Assembly: GCA_964016885.1 (NCBI GenBank)
Contig: OZ024764.1
Coordinates: forward strand, 28,830,001-28,894,000
Source of the DNA: Eledone cirrhosa
Lineage: Eukaryota
Direction: 5' to 3'
DNA length: 64,000 nt
The translations under genes were made by a program, and so were the position numbers. How positions within the stretch are numbered: the stretch's first letter is position 1; every line of letters starts with the position of its first letter. Below are positions 1 through 13,900 of the stretch, piece by piece. The notes below the pieces were generated by a model. The model did not search any database. It was not told the origin of the DNA and saw only the letters and a program-made list of their open reading frames with translations.

Positions 1-3000
1 CGCGAGATGAAACCCTGTCATGTAATGTTATTGACATATCTGCCCCTGTGGCTAATAATTGTCATGTAATGTTATGGTCATCTCTGCCCCTGTGGCTAAT
101 AATTCTGTCATGTAATGTTATGGACATCTCTGCCCCTGTGGCTAATAATTCTGAGAGAGATGAAACGAGTGAGGGATTAGAGTGTTGAAAGAAGAAAGAG
201 AGAGCGAGATGAAATGAGAGAGTGTGAGCGAGATGAAACGAGACAAGGAGAGCGAGATGAAACGAGAGAGTGAGAGCGAGATGAAACGAGAGAGTGAGAG
301 CGAGATGAAACGAGAGAGAGAGAGCGAGATGAAATGAGAGAGAGAGAGCGAGATGAAATGAGAGAGAGAGAGCGAGATGAAACGAGACAGAGAGAGAGCG
401 AGATGAAACGAGAGAGTGAGAGCGAGATGAAACGAGAGAGAGAGAGCGAGATGAAACAGGAGGGAGAGAGAGAGGAAACGAGAGTAGAGAGCGAGATGAA
501 ACAGGAGAGAGAGAGAGCGAAATGAAACAGGAGAGAGAGAGCGAGATGAAACGAGAGGGAGAGAGAGATAGAGGGAGCTGAAACGACAGAGAGAGAGACA
601 GATGAAACGAGAGAGAGAGAGATAGAGATGAAACGAGAGAGAGAGATGAAATGAGAGAGAGGAAGAGTGAGATGGAACGAGAGAGAGGAGGAGAGAGATG
701 GAAGACAGAGGTGAAACGAGAGGGAGAGAGAGCGAGATGAAACGAGAGAGAGGAAGAGAGAGAGCGCGAGATGAAACGAGAGAGAGAGAGCACGAGATGA
801 AACTCTGTCATGTAATGTTATGGACATATCTGCCCTTGGGGCTAATAATTGTCATGTAACGTTATGGACATCTCTGCCCCTGTGGCTAATAACTCTGACA
901 TGTAATGTTATGGACATCTCTGCCCCTGTGGCTAATAATTCTGAGAGAGATGAAACAAGTGAGGGATTAGAGAGAGATAAAACAAGTGAGGGATTAGGGT
1001 GTTGAAACAAGAGAGAGGAAGAGAGAGAGAGAGCGAGATGAAATGAGACAGGGAGAGCGAGATGAAACGCAATAGTGAGAGAAGCGAGATGAAACGAGAG
1101 AGTGAGAGCGAGATGAAACGAGAGCGAGAGAGAGCGAGATGAAACGAGACAGAGAGAGCGAGATGTAATGAGAGAGAGAGAGAGCGGGATGGAACGAGAC
1201 AGAGAGGAAACGAGAGAGAGGAAACGAGAGTAGAGAGCGAGATGAAACGAGAGGGAGAGAGAGATGAAACGAGAGAGCGAGAGAGAGATGAAACGAGGGA
1301 GATAGAGATGAAACGAGAGAGAGGAAGAGAGAGATGGAACGAGAAAGAGGAAGAGAGAGATGGAACGAGAGAGAGGAAGACAGAGATGAAACGAGAGAGA
1401 GAGAGAGAGCGAGATGAAACGAGACAGAGAGAGCGCGAGATGAAACGAGACAGAGAGAGCACGAGATGAAACGACAGAGAGAGAGACAGATTGAAGGAGG
1501 GAGATACAGATAAAACGAGACAGAGAGGAAACGAGAGAGAGGAAACGAGAGTAGAGAGCGAGATGAAACGAGAGGGAGAGAGAGATGAAACGAGAGAGCG
1601 AGAGAGAGATGAAACGAGGGAGATAGAGATGAAACGAGAGAGAGGATGAGAGAGATGGAACGAGAGAGAGGAATAGAGAGATGGAACGAGAGAGAGGAAT
1701 ACAGAGATGAAACGAGAGAGAGAGAGAGAGCAAGATGAAACGAGAGAGAGAGAGCGCAAGATGAAACGAGAGAGAGAGAGCGCGAGATGAAACTCTATCA
1801 TGTAATGTTATTGATATATCTGCCCCTGTGGCTAATAATTGTCATGTAATGTGATGGTCATCTCTGCCCCTGTGGCTAATAATTCTGTCATGTAATATTA
1901 TGGACGTCTCCGCCCCTGTGACTAATAATTCTGACATGTAATGTTATGGACATCTCTGCCCTGTGGCTAATAATTCTGACATGTAATGTTATGGACATCT
2001 CTGCCCCTGTGGCTAATAATTCTGAGAGAGATGAAACAAGTGAGGGATTAGAGAGAGATAAAACAAGTGAGGGATTAGAGTGTTGAAACAAGAGAGAGAG
2101 AGGAAGAGAGGGAGAGAGCGAGATGAAATGAGACAGGGAGAGTGAGATGAAACGCGAGATGAAACGAGAGAGTGAGAGCGAGATGAAACGAGAGAGAGAG
2201 AGAGCGAGATGAAACGAGACAGAGAGAGCGAGATGTAATGAGAGAGAGAGAGAGCGGGATGGAACGAGACAGAGAGGAAACGAGAGAGAGGAAACGAGAG
2301 TAGAGAGCGAGATGAAACAGGAGAGAGAGAGCGAGATGAAACGAGAGGGAGAGAGAGATGAAACGAGGGAGATAGAGATGAAACGAGAGAGAGGAAGAGA
2401 GAGAGGAAGAGAGAGATGGAACGAGAGAGAGGAAGACAGTGATGAAACGAGAGAGAGAGAGAGAGCGAGATGAAACGAGAGAGAGAGAGCGCGAGATGAA
2501 ACGAGAGAGAGAGAGCGCGAGATGAAACGACAGAGAGAGAGACAGATGAAAGGAGGGAGATAGAGATGAAACGAGAGAGAGGAAGAGAGAGATGGAACGA
2601 GAGAGAGGAAGAGAGAGATGAAAGACAGAGGAGAAACGAGAGAGAGAGAGAGCGAGATGAAACGAGAGAGAGGAAGAGAGAGAGCGCGAGATGAAACGAG
2701 AGAGAGAGAGCGCGAGATGAAACTCTGTCATGTAATGTTATGGACATCTCTGCCCCTGTGGCTAATAACTCTGACATGTAATGTTATGGACATCTCTGCC
2801 CCAGTGGCTAATAATTCTGAGAGAGATGAAACAAGGGAGGGATTAGAGAGAGATAAAACAAGTGAGGGATTAGAGTGTTGAAACAAGAGAGAGAGAGGAA
2901 GAGAGAGAGAGAGAGCGAGATGAAATGAGACAGGGAGAGCGAGATGAAACGCAATAGTGAGAGAAGCGAGATGAAACGAGAGAGTGAGAGCGAGATGAAA

Positions 3001-6000
3001 CGAGAGAGAGAGAGAGCGAGATGAAACGAGACAGAGAGAGCGAGATGTAATGTGAGAGAGAGAGAGCGGGATGGAACGAGACAGAGAGGAAACGAGAGAG
3101 AGGAAACGAGAGTAGAGAGCGAGATGAAACGAGAGGGAGAGAGAGATGAAACGAGAGAGCGAGAGAGAGATGAAACGAGGGAGATAGAGATGAAACGAGA
3201 GAGAGGAAGAGAGAGATGGAACGAGAGAGAGGTAGAGAGAGATGGAACGAGAGAGAGGAAGACAGAGATGAAACGAGAGAGAGAGAGAGCGAGATGAAAC
3301 GAGACAGAGAGAGCGCGAGATGAAACGAGAGAGAGAGAGCACGAGATGAAACGACAGAGAGAGACAGATGAAAGGAGGGAGATAGAGATGAAACGAGAGA
3401 GAGGATGAGAGAGATGGAACGAGAGAGAGGAAGAGAGAGATGGAACGAGAGAGAGGAAGACAGAGATGAAACGAGAGAGAGAGAGAGCAAGATGAAACGA
3501 GAGAGAGAGAGCGCGAGATGAATCTCTATCATGTAATGTTATTGATATATCTGCCCCTGTGGCTAATAATTGTCATGTAATGTTATGGTCATCTCTGCCC
3601 CTGTGGCTAATAATTCTGTCATGTAATGTTATGGACGTCTCCGCCCCTGTGGATAATAATTCTGACATGTAATGTTATGGACATCTCTGCCCCTGTGGTT
3701 AATAACTCTGACATGTCATGTTATGGACATCTCTGCCCTGTGGCTAATAATTCTGACATGTAATGTTATGGACATCTCTGCCCCTGTGGCTAATAATTCT
3801 GAGAGAGATGAAACAAGTGATGGATTAGAGAGAGATAAAACAAGTGAGGGATTAGAGTGTTGAAACAAGAGAGAGAGAGGAAGAGAGAGAGAGAGCGAGA
3901 TGAAATGAGACAGGGAGAGTGAGATGAAACGCGAGATGAAACGAGAGAGTGAGAGCGAGATGAAACGAGAGAGAGAGAGAGCGAGATGAAACGAGACAGA
4001 GAGAGCGAGATGTAATGAGAGAGAGAGAGAGCGGGATGGAACGAGACAGAGAGGAAACGAGAGAGAGGAAACGAGAGTAGAGAGCGAGATGAAACAGGAG
4101 AGAGAGAGCGAGATGAAACGAGAGGGAGAGAGAGATGAAACGAGGGAGATAGAGATGAAACGAGAGAGAGGTAGAGAGGGAGGAAGAGAGAGATGGAACG
4201 AGAGAGAGGAAGACAGAGATGAAACGAGAGAGAGAGAGAGCGAGATGAAACGAGAGAGAGAGAGCGCGAGATCAATCGAGAGAGAGAGAGCGCGAGATGA
4301 AACGACAGAGAGAGAGACAGATGAAAGGAGGGAGATAGAAATGAAACGAGAGAGAGGAAGAGAGAGATGGAACGAGAGAGAGGAAGAGAGAGATGGAACG
4401 AGAGAGAGGAAGACAGAGATGAAACGAGAGAGAGCGAGATGAAACGAGAGAGCGAGATGAAACGAGAGAGCGAGATGAAACGAGAGAGAGAGAGAGCGAG
4501 ATGAAACGAGAGAGAGGAAGAGAGAGAGCGCGAGATGGAAATCTGTCATGTAATGTTATGGACATATCTGCCCTTGGGGCTAATAATTGTCATGTAATGT
4601 TATGGACATCACTGCCCCTGTGGCTAATAATTCTGTCATGTAATGTTATGGACATCTCTGCCCCTGTGGCTAATAATTCTGACATGTAATGTTATGGACA
4701 TCTCTGCCCCTGTGGCTAATAATTCTTACATGTAATGTTATGGACATCTCTGCCCCTGTGGCTAATAATTCTGAGAGAGATGAAACAAGTGAGGGATTAG
4801 AGAGAGATAAAACAAGTGAGGGATTAGAGTGTTGAACCAAGAGAGAGAGAGCGAGATGAAACGCGATAGTGAGAGAGGCGAGATGAAACGAGAGAGTGAG
4901 AGCGAGATGAAACGAGACAGAGAGAGCGAGATGTAATGAGAGAGAGAGAGAGCGGGATGGAACGAGACAGAGAGGAAACGAGAGTAGAGAGCGAGATGAA
5001 ACGAGAGGGAGAGAGAGATGAAACGAGAGATCGAGAGAGAGATGAAACGAGGGAGATAGAGATGAAACGAGAGAGAGGAAGAGAGAGATGGAACGAGAGA
5101 GAGGAAGACAGAGATGAAACGAGAGAGAGAGAGAGCGATATGAAACGAGAGAGAGAGAGCGCAAGATGAAACGAGAGAGAGAGAGCGCGAGATGAAACGA
5201 CAGAGAGAGAGACAGATGAAAGGAGGGAGATAGAGATGAAACGAGAGAGAGGAAGAGAGAGATGGAACGAGAGAGAGGAAGAGGGAGATGGAACGAGAGA
5301 GAGGAAGACAGAGATGAAACGAGAGAGAGAGCGAGATGAAACGAGAGAGAGGAAGAGAGAGAGCGCGAGATGAAACTCTCTCATGTAATGTTATCGACAT
5401 ATCTGCCCTTGGGGCTAATAATTGTCATGTAATGTTATGGACATCTCTGACCCTATGGCTAATAATTCTGTCATGTAATGTTATGGACATCTCTGCCCCT
5501 GTGGCTAATAATTCTGTCATGTAATGTTATGGACATCTCTGCCCCTGTGGCTAATAATTCTGACATGTAATGTTATGGACATCTCTGCCCCTGTGGCTAA
5601 TAATTCTGACATGTAATGTTATGGACATCTCTGCCCTGTGGCTAATAATTCTGACATGTAATGTTATGGACATCTCTGCCCCTGTGGCTAATAATTCTGA
5701 GAGAGATGAACCAAGTGAGGGATTAGAGAGAGATAAAACAAGTGAGGGATTAGAGTGTTGAAACAAGAGAGAGAGAGGAAGAGAGAGAGAGAGCGAGATG
5801 AAACAAGAGAGTGAGAGAAGCGAGATGAAACGAGAGAGTGAGAGCGAGATCAAACGAGAAAGAGAGAGTGCGAGATGAAACGAGACAGAGAGGAAACGAG
5901 AGAGAGAGGAAATGAGAGAGAGGAAACGAGAGTAGAGAGCGAGATGAAACAGGAGAGAGAGAGCGAAAAGAAACGAGCGGGAGAGAGAGATGAAACGAGA

Positions 6001-7920
6001 GAGCGAGAGAGAGATGAAACGAGGGAGATAGAGATGAAACGAGAGAGAGGAAGAGAGAGATGGAACGAGAGAGAGGAAGAGAGAGATGGAACGAGAGAGA
6101 GGAAGACAGAGATGAAACGAGAGAGAGAGAGAGCGAGATGAAACGTGACAGAGAGAGCGCGAGATGAAACGAGAGAGAGAGAGCGCGAGATGAAACGACA
6201 GAGAGAGAGACAGATGAAAGGAGGGAGATAGAGATGAAACGAGAGAGAGGATGAGAGAGATGGAACGAGAGAGAGGAAGAGAGAGATGGAACGAGAGAGA
6301 GGAAGCCAGAGATGAAACGAGAGAGAGAGCAAGATGAAACGAGAGAGAGAGAGAGCGCAAGATGAAACGAGAGAGAGAGAGCGCGAGATGAAACTCTGTC
6401 ATGTAATGTTATTGACATATCTGCCCCTGTGGCTAATAATTGTCATGTAATGTTATGGTCATCTCTGCCCCTGTGGCTAATAATTCTGACATGTAATGTT
6501 ATGGTCATCTCTGCCCCTGTGGCTAATAATTCTGAGAGATAGTAAACAAGTGAGGGATTAGAGTGTTGAAACAAGAGAGAGAGAGCGAGAAGAAATGAGA
6601 GAGTGAGAGCGGGATGAAACGAGAGAGGGAGAGCGAGATGTAACGAGAGAGAGAGAGCGAGATGAAATGAGAGAGAGAGAGCGAGATGAAACGGGAGGGA
6701 GAGAGAGATGAAACGAGAGAGAGAGAGGAAACGAGAGTAGAGAGCGAGATGAAACAGGAGAGAGAGAGAGCCAGATGAAACAGGAGAGAGAGAGCGAGAT
6801 GAAATGAGAGGGAGAGAGAGATGAAACGAGAGAGCGAGAGAGAGATGAAACGAGGGAGAGCGAGATGAAACGAGAGAGAGGAAGAGAGAGATGGAACGAG
6901 AGAGAGGAAGAGAGAGATGGCACGAGAGAGGAAGACAGAGATGAAACGAGAGAGAGAGAGCGAGATGAAACGAGAGAGAGAGAGCGCGACATGAAACGAG
7001 AGAGAAAGAGCGCGAGATGAAACGACAGAGAGCGAGACAGATGAAAGAAGGGAGATAGAGATGAAACGAGAGAGAGGAAGAGAGAGATGGAACGAGAGAG
7101 AGGAAGAGAGAGATGGAACGAGAGAGAGGAAGACAGAGATGAAACGAGAGAGAGAGCGAGATGAAACGAGAGAGAGAGAGCGCAAGATGAAACGAGTGAG
7201 AGAGAGCGCGAGATGAAACGACAGAGAGAGAGACAGATGAAAGGAGGGAGATAGAGATGAAACGAGAGAGAGGATGAGAGAGATGGAACGAGAGAGAGGA
7301 AGAGAGAGATGGAACGAGAGAGAGGAAGACAGAGATGAAACGAGAGAGAGAGAGAGCAAGACGAAACGAGAGAGAGAGAGCGTAAGATGAAACGAGAGAG
7401 AGAGAGCGCGAGATGAAACGACAGAGAGAGAGACAGATGAAAGAAGGGAGATAGAGATGAAACGAGAGAGAGGAAGAGAGAGATGGAACGAGAGAGAGGA
7501 AGAGAGAGATGGAACGAGAGAGAGGAAGACAGAGATGAAACGAGAGAGAGAGAGAGCGAGATGAAACGAGAGAGAGGAAGACAGAGATGAAACGAGACAG
7601 AGGGAGAGCGAGATGAAACGAGAGAGAGAGAGCGCAAGATGAAACTCTGTCATGTAATGTTATTGACATATCTGCCCCTGTGGCTAATAATTGTCATGTA
7701 ATGTTATGGTCATCTCTGCCCCTGTGGCTAATAATTCTGTCATGTAATGTTATGGACATCTCTGCCCCTGTGGCTAATAATTCTGACAAGTAATGTTATG
7801 GACATCTCTGCCCCTGTGGCTAATAATTCTGACATGTAATGTTATGGAAATCTCTGCCCCTGTGGCTAATAATTCTGTCATGTAATGTTATGGACATCTC
7901 TGCCCCTGTGGCTAATAAAT
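1..7920 (+). repeat. Compound satellite, GA-rich orientation: 2-7 copies of a 46-bp unit alternating with ~0.6-1.1 kb (GA)n/GCGAGATGAAAC blocks; about 8 monomers of 0.8-1.25 kb
   Basis: Unit CTGACATGTAATGTTATGGACATCTCTGCCCCTGTGGCTAATAATT in blocks starting near 17, 806, 1795, 2726, 3527, 4543, 5379, 6396 and 7647; most GA blocks begin GAGAGATGAAACAAGTGAGGGATTAGAG. Confidence 0.97.
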
Positions 7921-10900
7921 CAGAATTATTAGCCACAGGGGCAGAGATGTCCATAACATTACATGTCAGAATTATTAGCCACAGGGGCAGAGATGTCCAT
8001 AACATTACATGACAGATTTATTAGCCACAGGGGCAGAGATGTCCATAACATTACATGTCAGAAATATTAGCCACAGGGGCAGAGATGTCCATAACATTAC
8101 ATGACAGATTTATTAGCCACAGGGGCAGAGATGTCCATAACATTACATGTCATATTTATTAGCCACAGGGGCAGAGATGTCCATAACATTACATGTCACA
8201 ATTATTAGCCACAGGGGCAGAGATGTCCATAACATTACATGACAGATTTATTAGCCACAGGGGCAGAGATGTCCATAACATTACATGACAGAATTATTAG
8301 CCACAGGGGCAGAGATGTCCATAACATTACATGACAGAATTATTAGCCACAGGGGCAGAGATTTCCATAACATTACATGACAATTATTAGCCCCAAGGGC
8401 AGATATGTCCATAACATTACATGACAGACTTTCATCTCGCGCTCTCTCTCTCTCGTTTCATCTTGCGCTCTCTCTCTTCCTCTCTCTCGTTTCATCTTGC
8501 TCTCTCTCTCTCTCGTTTCATCTCGCGTTCTCTCTCTTCCTCTCTCTCGTTTCATCTCGCTCTCTCTGACTCGTTCCATCTCGCTCTCACTCTCTCGTTT
8601 CATCTCGCTCTCTCTCTCTCATTTCATCTCGCTCTCTCTCTCTCATTTCATCTCGATCTCTCTGTCTCGTTTCATCCCGCTCTCTCTGTCTCGTTTCATC
8701 TCGCTCTCTCTCTCTCTCATTTCATCTCGCTCTCTCTCTGTCATTTCATCTCGCTCTCTCTCACTCTCTCGTTTCATCTCACTCTCAATCTCTCATTTCA
8801 TCTCGCTCTCTCTCTCTCATTTCATCTCGCGCTCTCTCTCTTCCTCTCTCTCGTTTCATCTCGCGCTCTCTCTCTTCCTCTCTCTCGTTTCATCTCGCTC
8901 TCTCTCTCTCTCTCGTTTCATCTCGCGTTCTCTCTCTTCCTCTCTCTCGTTTCATCTCGCTCTCTCTCGTTTCATCTCTGTCTTCCTCTCTCTCGTTCCA
9001 TCTCTCTCTTCCTCTCTCTCGTTCCATCTCTCTCTTCCTCTCTCTCGTTTCATCTCTCTCTCTCGTTTCATCTCTATCTCCCTCGTTTCATCTGTCTCTC
9101 TCTCTGTCGTTTCATCTCCCTCTATCTCTCTCTCGCTCTCTCGTTTCATCTCTCTCTCCCTCTCGTTTCATCTCGCTCTCTCTCTCCTGTTTCATCTCGC
9201 TCTCTCTCCTGTTTCATCTCGCTCTCTACTCTCGTTTCCTCTCTCTCGTATCCTCTCTCTCGTTTCCTCTCTCTCTCGTTTCCTCTCTCTATCGTTTCCT
9301 CTAGCTCTCACTCTCTCGTTTCATCTCGCTCTCTCTCTCTCATTTCATCTCGCTCTCTCTCTCTCGTTTCATCTCGCTCTAATCTGTCTCGTTTCATTTC
9401 GCTCTCTCTCTCTCTCGTTTCACCTCGCTCTCTCTGTCTCGTTTCATCTCGCTCTCTCTCTCTCATTTCATCTCGCTCTCTCTCTCTCATTTCATCTCGC
9501 TCTCTCTCTCTTGTTTCATCTCGCTCTCACTCTCTCATTTCATCTCGCTCTCTCTCTCTCGTTTGATCTCGCTCTCACTCTCTCTTCCTCTCTCTCTCTT
9601 GTTTCAACACTCTAATCCCTCACTTGTTTCATCTCTCTCTTATCCCTCACTTGTTTCATCTCTCTCAGAATTATTAGCGACAGGGGCAGAGATATCCATA
9701 ACATTACATGTCAGAATTATTAGCCACAGGGGCAGAGATGTCCATAACATTACATGACAGATTTATTAGCCACAGGGGCAGAGATGTCCATAACATTACA
9801 TGACGAATTTATTAGCCACAGGGGCAGAGATGTCCATAACATTACATGACAGAATTATTAGCCACAGGGGCAGAGATGTCCATAACATTACATGACATAA
9901 TTATTAGCCACAGGGACAGAGATGTACATAACATTACATGACAATTATTAGCCCCAAGGGTAGATATGTCCATAACATTACATGACAATTATTAGCCCCA
10001 AGGGCAGATATGTCCATAACATTACATGACAGACTTTCATCTCGCGCTCTCTCTCTTCCTCTCTCTCGTTTCATCTCGCTCTCTCTCTCTCGTTTCATCT
10101 CGCTCTCTCTCTCTCTCGTTTCATCTCGCTCTCTCTCTCTCGTTTCATCTCGCGCTCTCTCTCTTCCTCTCTCTCGTTTCATCTCGCTCTCTCTCTCTCT
10201 CGTTTCATATCTGTCTTCCTCTCTCTCGTTCCATCTCTCTATTCCTCTCTCTCTCGTTTCATCTAGCTATCACTCTCTCGTTTCATCTCCCTCTATCTCT
10301 CTCTCGCTCTCTCGTTTCATCTCTCCCTCCCTCTCGTTTCATCTCGCTCTCTCTCTCCGGTTTCATCTCGCTCTCTCTCTCTCCTGTTTCATCTTGCTCT
10401 CTACTCTCGTTTCCTCTCTCTCGTTTCCTCTCTCTCGTTTCCTCTCTCTCTCGTTTCCTCTCTCTCTCGTTTCATCTAGCTCTCACTCTCTCGTTTCATC
10501 TCGCTCTCTCTGACTCGTTCCATCTCGCTCTCACTCTCTCGTTTCATCTCGCTCTCTCTCTCTCATTTCATCTCGCTCTCTCTCTCTCATTTCATCTCGA
10601 TCTCTCTGTCTCGTTTCATCCCGCTCTCTCTGTCTCGTTTCATCTCGCTCTCTCTCTCTCATTTCATCTCGCTCTCTCTCTGTCATTTCATCTCGCTCTC
10701 TCTCACTCTCTCGTTTCATCTCACTCTCAATCTCTCATTTCATCTCGCTCTCTCTCTCTCATTTCATCTCGCGCTCTCTCTCTTCCTCTCTCTCGTTTCA
10801 TCTCGCGCTCTCTCTCTTCCTCTCTCTCGTTTCATCTCGCTCTCTCTCTCTCTCTCGTTTCATCTTGCGCTCTCTCTCTTCCTCTCTCTCGTTTCATCTC

Positions 10901-13900
10901 GATCTCTCTCTGTCTCGTTTCATCTCTGTCTTCCTCTCGCTCGTTCCATCTCTCTCTTCCTCTCTCTCGTTCCATCTCTCTCTTCCTCTCTCTCGTTTCA
11001 TCTCTCTCTCTCGTTTCATCTTGCTCTCTCTCTCTCTCGTTTCATCTCTGTCTTCCTCTCTCTTGTTCCATCTCTCTCTTCCTCTCTCTCGTTCCATCTC
11101 TCTCTTCCTCTCTCTCGTTTCATCTCTCTCTCTCGTTTCATCTCTATCTCCCTCGTTTCATCTGTCTCTCTCTCTGTCGTTTCATCTCCCTCTCTCTCTC
11201 TCTCGCTCTATCGTTTCATCTCTCTCTCCCTCTCGTTTCATCTCGCTCTCTCTCTCCTGTTTCATCTCGCTCTCTCTCTCCTGTTTCATCTCGCTCTCTA
11301 CTCTCGTTTCCTCTCTCTCGTTTCGTCTCTCTCGTTTCCTCTCTCTCTCGTTTCATCTAGCTCTCCCACTCTCGTTTCATCTCGCTCTCTCTGTCTCGTT
11401 CCATCTCGCTCTCACTCTCTCGTTTCATCTCGCTCTCTCTCTCTCATTTCATCTCGCTCTCTCTCTCTCATTTCATCTCGCTCTCTCTGTCTCGTTTCAT
11501 CTCGCTCTCTCTCTCTCATTTCATCTCGCTCTCTCTCTCTCATTTCATCTCGCTCTCTCTCTCTCGTTTCATCTCGCTCTCACTCTCTCATTTCATCTCG
11601 CTCTCTCTCGTTTGATTTCGCTCTCACTCTCTCTTCCTCTCTCTCTCTCTTGTTTCAACACTCTAATCCCTCACTTGTTTCATCTCTCTCTAATCCCTCA
11701 CTTGTTTCATCTCTCTCAGAATTATTAGCCACAGGGGCAGAGATGTCCATAACATTACATGTCAGAATTATTAGCCACAGGGGCAGAGATGTCCATAACA
11801 TTACATGACAGATTTATTAGCCACAGGGGCAGAGATGTCCATAACATTACATGTCATATTTATTAGCCACAGGGGCAGAGATGTCCATAACATTACATGT
11901 CAGAATTATTAGCCACAGGGGCAGAGATGTCCATAACATTACATGACAGATTTATTAGCCACAGGGACAGAGATGTCCATAACATTACATGACAGAATTA
12001 TTAGCCACAGGGGCAGAGATGTCCATAACATTACATGACAGAATTATTAGCCACAGAGGCAGAGATTTCCATAACATTACATGACAATTATTAGCCCCAA
12101 GGGCAGATATGTCCATAACATTACATGACAGACTTTCATCTCGCGCTCTCTCTCTCTCGTTTCATCTTGCGCTCTCTCTCTTCCTCTCTCTCGTTTCATC
12201 TTGCTCTCTCTCTCTCTCGTTTCATCTCGCGTTCTCTCTTCCTCTCTCTCGTTTCATCTCGCTCTCTCTCTCTCTCGTTTCATCTCTGTCTTCCTCTCTC
12301 TCGTTCCATCTCTCTCTTCCTCTCTCGTTCCATCTCTCTCTTCCTCTCTCTCGTTTCATCTCTCTCTCTCGTTTCATCTCTATCTCCCTCGTTTCATCTG
12401 TCTCTCTCTCTGTCGTTTCATCTCCCTCTATCTCTCTCTCGCTCTCTGGTTTCATCTCTCTCTCCCTCTCGTTTCATCTCGCTCTCTCTCTCCTGTTTCA
12501 TCTCGCTCTCTCTCTCCTGTTTCATCTCGCTCTCTACTCTCGTTTCCTCTCTCTCGTATCCTCTCTCTCGTTTCCTCTCTCTCTCGTTTCCTCTCTCTCT
12601 CGTTTCCTCTAGCTCTCACTCTCTCGTTTCATCTCGCTCTCTCTCTCTCATTTCATCTCGCTCTCTCTCTCTCGTTTCATCTCGCTCTAATCTGTCTCGT
12701 TTCATTTCGCTCTCTCTCTCTCTCGTTTCATCTCGCTCTCTCTGTCTCGTTTCATCTCGCTCTCTCTCTCTCATTTCATCTCGCTCTCGCTCTCTCATTT
12801 CATCTCGCTCTCTCTCTCTCGTTTCATCTCGCTCTCACTCTCTCATTTCATCTCGCTCTCTCTCTCTCGTTTGATCTCGCTCTCACTCTCTCTTCCTCTC
12901 TCTCTCTTGTTTCAACACTCTAATCCCTCATTTGTTTCATCTCTCTCTTATCCCTCACTTGTTTCATCTCTCTCAGAATTATTAGCCACAGGGGCAGAGA
13001 TATCCATAACATTACATGTCAGAATTATTAGCCACAGGGGCAGAGATGTCCATAACATTACATGACAGATTTATTAGCCACAGGGGCAGAGATGTCCATA
13101 ACATTACATGACGAATTTATTAGCCACAGGGGCAGAGATGTCCATAACATTACATGACAGAATTATTAGCCACAGGGGCAGAGATGTCCATAACATTACA
13201 TGACATAATTATTAGCCACAGGGACAGAGATGTCCATAACATTACATGACAGAATTATTTGCCACAGGGGCAGAGATGTACATAACATTACATGACAATT
13301 ATTAGCCCCAAGGGTAGATATGTCCATAACATTACATGACAATTATTAGCCCCAAGGGCAGATATGTCCATAACATTACATGACAGACTTTCATCTCGCG
13401 CTCTCTCTCTTCCTCTCTCTCGTTTCATCTCGCTCTCTCTCTCTCGTTTCATCTCGCTCTCTCTGACTCGTTCCATCTCGCTCTCACTCTCTCGTTTCAT
13501 CTCGCTCTCTCTCTCTCATTTCATCTCGTTCTCTCTCTCTCATTTCATCTCGATCTCTCTGTCTCGTTTCATCCCCCTCTCTCTGTCTCGTTTCATCTCG
13601 CTCTCTCTCTCTCATTTCATCTCGCTCTCTCTCTCTCATTTCATCTCGCTCTCTCTCACTCTCTCGTTTCATCTCACTCTCAATCTCTCATTTCATCTCG
13701 CTCTCTCTCTCAGATTCCATCTCGCGCTCTCTCTCTCTTCCTCTCTCTCGTTTCATCTCGCGCTCTCTCTCTTCCTCTCTCTCGTTTCATCTCGCTCTCT
13801 CTCTCTCTCTCGTTTCATCTTGCGCTCTCTCTCTTCCTCTCTCTCGTTTCATCTCGATCTCTCTCTGTCTCGTTTCATCTCTGTCTTCCTCTCGCTCGTT

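Noticed and set aside
7921-8428. 46-bp repeats as a CRISPR array
   Set aside because: Directly tandem with no unique spacers, no cas genes, eukaryotic context
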